From Eledone cirrhosa (taxonomy: Eukaryota): a DNA stretch of 64,000 nt. Below, one piece after another: positions 53,863 to 64,000 of this stretch. Numbering within the stretch: the first letter of the stretch is position 1; every line of letters begins with the position of its first letter. The notes under the pieces were generated by a model that worked only from the letters and a program-made list of their open reading frames with translations, was not told the DNA's origin and did not search any database. The stretch covers positions 8,246,001 through 8,310,000 of the forward strand of contig OZ024749.1 of NCBI GenBank assembly GCA_964016885.1, given 5' to 3'. Position numbers and translations under genes: made by a program.

Positions 53863-54244
53863 CATGAGATAAATATTGTTAATCTTTGCTAATGGCTGAT
53901 GTGATATATTAACATCTATCTGTTATGTGAATAAACTTACATTATATCTGTGTATGTCTATATGTACGCGGTTGCAACGACGGAAAGTATATTGTCAAAA
54001 CGAACAAGATTTACGATAAAACATCCCGCTATATAATAGCATGTATCCATTCATTACTGTGAATTTTATCTCACCTTCCATTTGTTAATGTCCTCTTTAT
54101 CATAAAAATAGTTTTCTCTTTAACAAGACATTAATTTGTTTTTCAAGAGTTCACAATTTTGTCTCTCTCTCGCATTAACATTCTTTCTCAATCTGTCTTA
54201 TTCTCTTATTCAAAATATTCAACAACCATTAAACATTTTAAAGA

Positions 54245-54760
54245 GTCTCTCTCTCTGTCTCTCTCTTTCTCTCTTTCTCTTTCTTTCTTTCTTCTCGCAT
54301 TCGCTCTCTTACTCTCTCTTTCTCTTTACTTCTCTCTCTCTCTCTTTCTTTCTCCTTACTTCTCTCTCTCTTTCTTTCTCTTTCCTTCTCTCTCTCCCTT
54401 TCTTTCTTCTCACATTCTCTCCCTTTCTATCTTTCTCCTTCTTTCTCTTTACTTCTCTCTCTCTTTCTTTTCCTCCCTTCTCTCTCTCCCTTTCTTTCTT
54501 TCTTCTCACATTCTCTCTCTTTCTCTTTACTTCTCTCTCTCTCTTTCCTTTTCCTCCCTTCTCTCTCTCTCTTTCTTTCTTTCTTCTCACATTCTCTCTC
54601 TTTCTTTCTCCTTACTTCTCTCTCTGTCTTTCTTTCTTCTCACATCCTCTCTCTTTCTCCTTACATCTCTCTCTCTCTCTTTCTTTCTTCTCACATTCTC
54701 TCTCTGTCCATCTCCTCTCTCTCTCTCCCCTGACATTCTCTATCTATCTATCTATCTCTC
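54245..54760. repeat. CT-rich low-complexity tract with recurring CTTCTCACATTCTCTC and TTACTTCTCTC units
   Basis: Direct reading. Confidence 0.85.
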
Positions 54761-55230
54761 GTTCTATTTATGCCTTTATGGTAAATAAAGAAATATATCT
54801 CTCGTTCTATCTATCTGGTTTTACTTGAGACGTGTGCCAGTTCGCTGGTAAGTTTTTGTTGATTTTCTAAGTAAGAAATCAAAAATTTATTGTTAAATTT
54901 ATTACTATTTTATAGCTTGACCCCACGTCTGGATTTTCAGACGGTGGGTCAAGTCATCTTCACCCCTCCCTGGGTTGAAATTTTCGTTTTGAAAAAAATT
55001 TCGCCGGTGAAAAAAAAGAAAAAGTGTAAACAAACCCTGCACTCAGCCATGAACGCTGCGTTCCTAACTAGAAGTGGTGGGGTGGGGCGGTAAGAGTGTA
55101 AGGCTGGCAGTAACCTCCTCTCACCACCTCATTGAAAGACATCGAAAATGTCGTCAGTTTTGAAAACACCATGTCGGACGTTGATTGTAACATCATCACT
55201 AACACAAACACCAATAACATGCTAAATATA

Positions 55231-58200
55231 AGCAACAATGATAACAACACCACCACCACCACCAACAGCAACAATGATAACAACACCACCACCACCACCA
55301 ACAGCAACAATGATAACAACACCACCACCACCACCAACAGCAACAATGATAACAACACCACCACCACCACCAACGGCAACAATGATAACAACACCACCAC
55401 CACCACCAACAGCAACAATGATAACAACACCACCACCACCACCAATAGCAACAATGATAACAACACCACCACCACCAACAGCAACAATGATAACAACACC
55501 ACCACCAACAGCAACAATGATAACAACACCACCACCACCACCAACAACAGCAACAATGATAACAACACCACCACCACCACCAACAACAGCAACAATGATA
55601 ACAACACCACCACCACCACCACCAACAGCAACAATGATAACAACACCACCACCACCAACAGCAACAATGATAACAACACCACCACCACCACCAACAACAG
55701 CAACAATGATAACAACACCACCACCACCACCACCAACAGCAACAATGATAACAACACCACCACCACCACCACCAACAGCAACAATGATAACAACACCACC
55801 ACCACCACCAACAGCAACAATGATAACAACACCACCACCACCACCAACAGCAACAATGATAACAACACCACCACCACCACCAACAGCAACAATGATAACA
55901 ACACCACCACCACCAACAACAGCAACAATGATAACAACACCACCACCACCAACAACAGCAACAATGATAACAACACCACCACCACCACCAACAGCAACAA
56001 TGATAACAACACCACCACCACCACCAACAGCAACAATGATAACAACACCACCACCACCACCAACAACAGCAACAATGATAACAACACCACCACCACCACC
56101 ACCAACAGCAACAATGATAACAACACCACCACCACCACCACCAACAGCAACAATGATAACAACACCACCACCACCACCAACAGCAACAATGATAACAACA
56201 CCACCACCACCACCAACAGCAACAATGATAACAACACCACCACCACCACCAACAACAGCAACAATGATAACAACACCACCACCACCACCAACAGCAACAA
56301 TGATAACAACACCACCACCACCACCAACAGCAACAATGATAACAACACCACCACCACCACCAACAACAGCAACAATGATAACAACACCACCACCACCACC
56401 ACCAACAGCAACAATGATAACAACACCACCACCACCACCAACAGCAACAATGATAACAACACCACCACCACCACCAACAGCAACAATGATAACAACACCA
56501 CCACCACCACCAACAACAGCAACAATGATAACAACACCACCACCACCACCACCAACAGCAACAATGATAACAACACCACCACCACCACCACCAACAGCAA
56601 CAATGATAACAACACCACCACCACCACCAACAGCAACAATGATAACAACACCACCACCACCACCACCAACAGCAACAATGATAACAACACCACCACCACC
56701 ACCAACAGCAACAATGATAACAACACCACCACCACCACCAACAGCAACAATGATAACAACACCACCACCACCAACAACAGCAACAATGATAACAACACCA
56801 CCACCACCAACAACAGCAACAATGATAACAACACCACCACCACCACCAACAGCAACAATGATAACAACACCACCACCACCACCACCAACAGCAACAATGA
56901 TAACAACACCACCACCACCACCAACAGCAACAATGATAACAACACCACCACCACCACCAACAGCAACAATGATAACAACACCACCACCACCACCAACAGC
57001 AACAATGATAACAACACCACCACCACCAACAACAGCAACAATGATAACAACACCACCACCACCAACAGCAACAATGATAACAACACCACCACCACCACCA
57101 ACAACAGCAACAATGATAACAACACCACCACCACCAACAACAGCAACAATGATAACAACACCACCACCACCACCACCAACAGCAACAATGATAACAACAC
57201 CACCACCACCAACAACAGCAACAATGATAACAACACCACCACCACCACCAACAACAGCAACAATGATAACAACACCACCACCACCACCACCAACAGCAAC
57301 AATGATAACAACACCACCACCACCACCAACAACAGCAACAATGATAACAACACCACCACGACCACCAACAGCAACAATGATAACAACACCACCACCACCA
57401 ACAACAGCAACAATGATAACAACACCACCACCACCACCACCAACAGCAACAATGATAACAACACCACCACCACCACCACCAACAGCAACAATGATAACAA
57501 CACCACCACCACCAACAACAGCAACAATGATAACAACACCACCACCACCACCACCAACAGCAACAATGATAACAACACCACCACCACCACCAACAGCAAC
57601 AATGATAACAACACCACCACCACCACCAACAGCAACAATGATAACAACACCACCACCACCACCAACAGCAACAATGATAACAACACCACCACCACCACCA
57701 ACAGCAACAATGATAACAACACCACCACCACCACCAACAACAGCAACAATGATAACAACACCACCACCACCAACAACAGCAACAATGATAACAACACCAC
57801 CACCACCACCACCAACAGCAACAATGATAACAACACCACCACCACCAACAACAGCAACAATGATAACAACACCACCACCACCACCAACAACAGCAACAAT
57901 GATAACAACACCACCACCACCACCAACAGCAACAATGATAACAACACCACCACCACCACCAACAGCAACAATGATAACAACACCACCACCACCACCAACA
58001 GCAACAATGATAACAACACCACCACCACCACCAACAACAGCAACAATGATAACACCACCACCACCACCACCACCAACAGCAACAATGATAACAACACCAC
58101 CACCACCACCACCAACAGCAACAATGATAACAACACCACCACCACCACCACCAACAGCAACAATGATAACAACACCACCACCACCGACAGCAACAATGAT

Positions 58201-59720
58201 AACAACACCACCACCACCACCACCAACAGCAACAATGATAACAACACCACCACCACCACCACCAACAGCAACAATGATAACAACACCACCACCACCAACA
58301 GCAACAATGATAACAACACCACCACCACCACCACCAACAGCAACAATGATAACACCACCACCACCACCAACAACAACAGCAACAATGATAACACCACCAC
58401 CACCACCACCACCAACAGCAACAATGATAACAACACCACCACCACCACCACCAACAGCAACAATGATAACAACACCACCACCACCACCACCAACAGCAAC
58501 AATGATAACAACACCACCACCACCAACAGCAACAATGATAACAACACCACCACCACCAACAGCAACAATGATAACAACACCACCACCACCACCACCAACA
58601 GCAACAATGATAACACCACCACCACCACCAACAACAACAGCAACAATGATAACAACACCACCACCACCACCACCAACAGCAACAATGATAACAACACCAC
58701 CACCACCACCACCAACAGCAACAATGATAACAACACCACCACCACCACCACCAACAGCAACAATGATAACAACACCACCACCACCGACAGCAACAATGAT
58801 AACAACACCACCACCACCACCACCAACAGCAACAATGATAACAACACCACCACCACCAACAACAGCAACAATGATAACAACACCACCACCACCACCACCA
58901 ACAGCAACAATGATAACAACACCACCACCACCACCAACAGCAACAATGATAACAACACCACCACCAACAACAACAACAGCAACAATGATAACAACACCAC
59001 CACCACCACCAACAGCAACAATGATAACAACACCACCACCACCACCACCAACAACAGCAACAATGATAACAACACCACCACCACCACCACCAACAACAGC
59101 AACAATGATAACAACACCACCACCACCAACACCACCACCACCAACAACAACAATGATAACAACACCACCAACAACAGCAACAACAACAGCAACAATGCTA
59201 ACAACACCAACAACAACAACAGCAACAATGATAACAACACCACCACCAACAACAACAACAGCAACAATGATAACAACACCAACAACAACAACAGCAACAA
59301 TGATAACAACACCACCACCAACAACAACAACAGCAACAATGATAACAACACCACCACCAACAACAACAACAGCAACAATGATAACAACACCAACAACAAC
59401 AACAACAACAGCAACAATGATAACAACACCAACAACAACAGCAACAATGATAACAACACCACCACCAACAACAACAACAGCAACAATGATAACAACACCA
59501 CCACCAACAACAACAACAGCAACAATGATAACAACACCACCAACAACAACAACAACAGCAACAATGATAACAACACCAACAACAACAACAGCAACAATGA
59601 TAACAACACCACCACCAACAACAACAACAGCAACAATGATAACAACACCACCACCAACAACAACAACAGCAACAATGATAACAACACCAACAACAACAAC
59701 AACACCACCAACAACAGCAG
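55231..59720 (+). repeat. Codon-phased minisatellite AGC AAC AAT GAT AAC AAC (ACC)n (AAC)m, roughly 120-130 units
   Basis: All length variants are multiples of 3; in the ORF1 frame it reads SNNDNN(T)nN. Confidence 0.97.
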
Positions 59721-59808
59721 CAACGCGAACAACTCCACGAACAAGGAAAAGATTTATTTTGCTCAAACCGTCCAAAAGACGGAACTGTTCACATACCTTG
59801 ACATTTCC

Positions 59809-60246
59809 AATGCTAGGGAAATGTTAAGCGATGCAAAACAGTACGTAACCTTTGGTGAGAATGGTGCTTTCAGCATCACTTTTCCTCAACAGTTACGCAG
59901 AGAAACTGTTCTAAAAACAGTAATTTTTAGGACGGTTTCAAATGTGTCGAAAAAACCAGTTCAGTTATCCTAAAACGATATTGAACTGGTTCTGAAGAAT
60001 TCCATGAAGGATATTGCCTTCATCCAAAATGCTTGGGAAATGTTAAGCGATGCAAAACAGTACGTAACCTTTGGTGAGAATGGTGCTTTCAGCATCACTT
60101 TTCCTCAACAGTTACGCAGAGAAACTGTTCTAAAAACAGTAATTTTTAGGACGGTTTCAAATGTGTCGAAAAAACCAGTTCAGTTATCCCAAAACGATAT
60201 TGAACTGGTTCTGAAGAATTCCATGAAGGATATTGCCTTCATCCAA
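59809..60246 (+). repeat. 219-bp in-frame tandem duplication in ORF1
   Basis: GGGAAATGTTAAGC at 59816 and 60035; TAA at 59971 versus CAA at 60190. Confidence 0.92.
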
Positions 60247-61537
60247 AAAGGGAAACTTTTTGGAAGCATTTCTTTGTTGTTGAAAGACCAATTGACAGCA
60301 CAAAAATATTCTGTATCGCCGATTGTGTCCCCCCTTTACACCTTTTTCCCCACATATATGGGAAAAAGAACTCAAAAAATAAAAATTTTGAACATTGCAC
60401 TAAATGTAAACGTCTGGTGGATTTTAACTGGCTTTATCGATTTCGACAAAGACACCATCATTTCGGTGGGAAAGTCCTCCAGAGACACATTCAATGGTAC
60501 ACGCATGGAAGTTCTGGTCCAAATGAGGCCAGAACGGATAACTAAAATACCCGTGTGCCTCTGGATGGAATTTCACACATAAACATTTCTGTTGAGGGTA
60601 GGCGGCCTTCATGTTACCACTGTTTAAGCAGTGGTCACCTGAAGGCTTGCTGTCCTCAGTTAACTAAAAAAAAAAGAGGCACTACTGCCAACACCCAAAA
60701 CAACAGCAACAACAAAAACAACAACAACACGCAAACACAACCAAAACAAGAACAACAAACCAATCTGCAAGCGCAGTCTCACCCAACCCCACTCCACCTA
60801 AAACCACTGCAAAAACAGCCACAAATACACCAGCTCCCCAAAACATACCCCTTCCAAATAACACAGACACCACAACGGACGAGGCCCCCACATCATCGCC
60901 AAGTGATGTTGAGGGAGAGCCTCTCCGTTCGAAAAGAAAAAAGAAAAGACACCACAAGAACAGAAAAACAACAAACATCACTACAAACATACAACCACCA
61001 ACACAAACATTACAAACAAAACCCCCCCGTCCCGAAAACAAAACCACGCCATCACTCCAAACACAAACACCTACAACAAAACGAAAGCTCCCACAAGAAC
61101 AACAGACAAAAACAACAGCAACACAACAAGAACATTACACATACATAAACAGTAAAAACAAAACTTTAATGGAGGTCATCTCCAACGACCCTTCGGTTTT
61201 CACCGAAGGGAAAACTTTTTCGAACTGTGTAGACAAACCTAATTTAAAGATGATTAGGGTCCCTACGGACACCTATAAGTCTTTAAAGGAAAACTTTCCT
61301 AAGGACGTGGGTAATCCTTGTGTTAAACCCATTAACCACGTCCTTTTAAAAAGTTTCCCCACCCTCACCACAGACACCCCCATCCCACCCCACCAAATAT
61401 CTCCGTCCCCACCCTGCCGGAAACCACCACCCACCCAGAAAACTCCTCTAACACCCCCATGGAAACCATGCAGCCTGATCCCCGGGAGACGAAGAGGTGA
61501 GTGTTTTCTTCTCCTCTTTTAACTTTTCAGAACCAAC

Positions 61538-64000
61538 ATGGCCAATATAAGAGTTGGGTGTGTGAATGTACGTGGCCTGGGGATGCCCTGGAAACAGTGC
61601 AAACTCTTAAACGCCCTCAGGTCGCACAGTATGGATGTAGTAGCCATTTGTGAGTCCAGGATCCACAGCAAGCAACAGCTGGCCCCCATCTTCGATGACT
61701 TTGAGATCTACGCATCTCTCTGTCAGCCGGGGGGTGGGGGTGGAGTTGCCATTTTGCTGCGGAAACACCTGGGCCTCGTAACACAGATGGTACATCTGGA
61801 CCCGGATGGTCGACTGGTGGTCCTAGACGTTGACGGTAGTGAAGGTGGAGCCTTCAGGCTGGTGGCCGCATATGCCCCATCCGGTTCACCGCGGCCAGAC
61901 TTCTTCAAACGTCTAGAGACTTTTCTGGGAACGTCCCGCTCCTTGCTTTTAGTGGGGGACTGGAATAGAATCCTAGATGCACGTTGGGACTGTGGGAGCA
62001 TCCCGATAAAGGGGGGTGTAACATCCTCAAACAGTTAATCGGCCGATTTGACCTGGCCGATAGATAGCGACTAGATTTTCCGACTGTGCCACTGTGGACG
62101 TGGACTAATCGCAGCGGAACATCTAGATCGTACCTAGATAGGGTTCTAGTTAGAAATAAGGATAGGGACATGTTAAGCTGTCCACAAATGTTCATGGTTG
62201 CCTATTCAGATCACAAACTAGTGACCTGCATGGTCAACCTTGATAGAACCCATAGACAAGGACCCGGCTACAGGAAGCTGAAATTGTCATTACTGACATG
62301 CAAAGCCTACAGTAGACGGATTAGCACTATAGTTAAACAGCACTTGACAGAGGCCATTGTCAACAACAGATGGTGGTACTCTCACAAGAGGGCAGTTAGA
62401 TTAGACTTGTTAGTTTTTAATAAAGAATTAGCGTTAGATAGAAATAGAACCGAGAAAGAACTGGTAGATAAAGTAGAAGAGGAAATTAGAAGTGGCAACG
62501 TAGCCAGCTTGCTAGCAACGAGAACGGCCTTGGACCAGTTCTTCGACGCAAAGCATGAGGGCTGCGTTGTCAGAAGCAAAATACGTTCTCTGGGAAACGA
62601 GGGAGCCAAAGCTGTTAGCTGGGCCCGAGTGACGGAGGCAAAAAGTGGCAACAAGTCCACGATTCGGTCTTTGAAGGACCAAAACGGACGCGTGATACGT
62701 GAGCCGAAGCAGATGTGTGCGGCCTTTCAGCGGCACTTTGCTCAGCTGTTCGGGCAGGGCGGCGCACCGGGAGGGGCTATGGATTTTGGTCCATACCTCG
62801 ACGGCCTACCGCGACTCTCGGACAGCGAGGCAAAGTTCTGCGAAAAGCCGATTTCAGCCGCTGAGATAGCGGACGCGCTCAGCCAATGCGGCAAACGCAA
62901 ATCTCCAGGTCTCGACGGGCTACCCTACGAATTTTACGTAGCAATGCCGGACTTATTCTCCGGTCTCCTGGAAGCGGTCTACTGCAACTGGCAACAGAAC
63001 GGGAGAATTCCCAGTTCTGTGACCGGGGGCGTAGTCACACTAGTCAGGAAGGACGAGAATAAGGGGGATGACATAGGCAACTTCTGGCCCATAACTCTGC
63101 TAAACACAGAGTTACAGATTTTGGCCAAGGTGTTGGCAAAGAGGCTGGCACTTGTCGTCGAGAACCTGGTGGGAGAAGCGCAGACATGCGCAATCCCGAC
63201 CAGGTCCATACACGACAACCTCCATCTCATGCGATACATCATAGAGAGGGTAGGGTGTAAACCCGGCTTCGGTGGGGCCCTGATCAACTTGGATCAGTCT
63301 AAGGCTTTCGATAGGGTTGACCATCGTTACCTGGATGCGGTGCTCGAGGCGGCAGGCTTCGGACTCGTGTTCAGGGGTTGGATTGCTGCAATGCACAACA
63401 GCAACATCTGCTCAAGGGTTAAGGTGAACGGCTACCTCTCGGAGCCGTTCCATATCACGCGATCCATTCGACAGGGATGCCCTCTCTCCTCCCTTCTGTA
63501 CGTATTGACTCTCGATCCACTACTGCGGAAGTTGGAGCTTTTGCAGGACATCCCTCTTGAACCGGGTCTGCGGAAAGCGGCGTTGGCCTACGCCGACGAC
63601 GTGACAGTAATGGTGTCGAGTGCCTCGCAAATCGAGGAAGTCGGCACCTTACTGAAGGAATACAAAAGGTTCACAGGAGCGAAGCTGAACCGGGACAAGT
63701 CCATCGGTTTGCAACTCGGATCGTGGAGAGGCAGACCGATGCCTTCTGATGGCGTCGTCGGACGCTGGACGGAAGGACCAGTAAAGCTGCTCAGGGTCTG
63801 GTTTGGTCCGGACCTCCAGGTGGAGAAGAACTGGAATGAGGTATCGGCCAGGTGTTTGCACTCACCCAGAAGTGGGCGGAGTGCAAACTATCCTTAAAAG
63901 GTCGAGCGGAAGAGGCGAACATTTTTATAGCGTCCACCATCTACTACCGCTTGACCGTCGTGCCTTGTCCAGCCAAAACGCTCGCCAAAATGGAGCGCGC
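61538..64000 (+). pseudogene. Tx1-like ORF2: APE endonuclease plus reverse transcriptase, disrupted
   Basis: Motifs NVRGL, AYAP, GDWN, YLDRVL, SDHK, KSPGLDGLP, PITLLN, DQSKAFD, RQGCPLS and YADD (63589). Frameshifts near 62010 and 63845; stop near 62064. Confidence 0.9.

Larger units (their letters stand above)
55171..61522 (+). pseudogene. Tx1-like ORF1 (gag-like, CX2CX4HX4C at 60612-60653) with repeat expansion, internal duplication, a stop and frameshifts
   Basis: ACCATG at 55171; pieces 55132-59973, 60004-60582, 60555-61148 and 61169-61522; motif VEGRRPSCYHCLSSGHLKACCP. Confidence 0.75.
54826..64000 (+). mobile_element. L1/Tx1-clade LINE, decayed, runs off the right edge
   Basis: ORF1 with a CCHC knuckle and ORF2 with APE plus RT; the 5' boundary is approximate. 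Confidence 0.88.

Noticed and set aside
52095-54828. Long ORFs over the 19-bp minisatellite and the CT tract
   Set aside because: They are low-complexity artefacts.
55068-59827. Three other ORFs of more than 1500 aa (poly-L/V, poly-G/V, poly-P/T)
   Set aside because: They are alternative frames of the stop-free triplet repeat. Only the N/T frame is continuous with ORF1-like sequence on both sides.

Overview
Repeat-saturated animal genomic DNA with no recognisable host gene. The dense (TA)n/(CA)n microsatellites and the SINE and RTE types suggest a cephalopod such as Octopus, which is an inference. Bases 1-28186 are a homogeneous 45-bp satellite of about 626 units. Bases 28.2-54.8 kb are a mosaic of microsatellites, two RTE-clade LINEs (each with a PHD-like finger inside the RT), SINE/RTE fragments and minisatellites. 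This stretch also holds several Penelope-like element (PLE) 3' fragments that the ORF track misses. They carry GIY-YIG C-terminal peptides, inverted pseudo-LTRs and about ten type I hammerhead ribozyme motifs (intact, point-mutated, deleted or halved). Bases 54.8-64 kb are a decayed L1/Tx1-clade LINE whose ORF1 contains a 4.5-kb in-frame NSNNDNN(T)n codon-repeat expansion. The strongest lead is the PLE/hammerhead system: co-varying minimal hammerheads plus TA-inserted foldback mini-elements that repeatedly invert inside hammerhead stem II. All calls were made by eye, without database searches.
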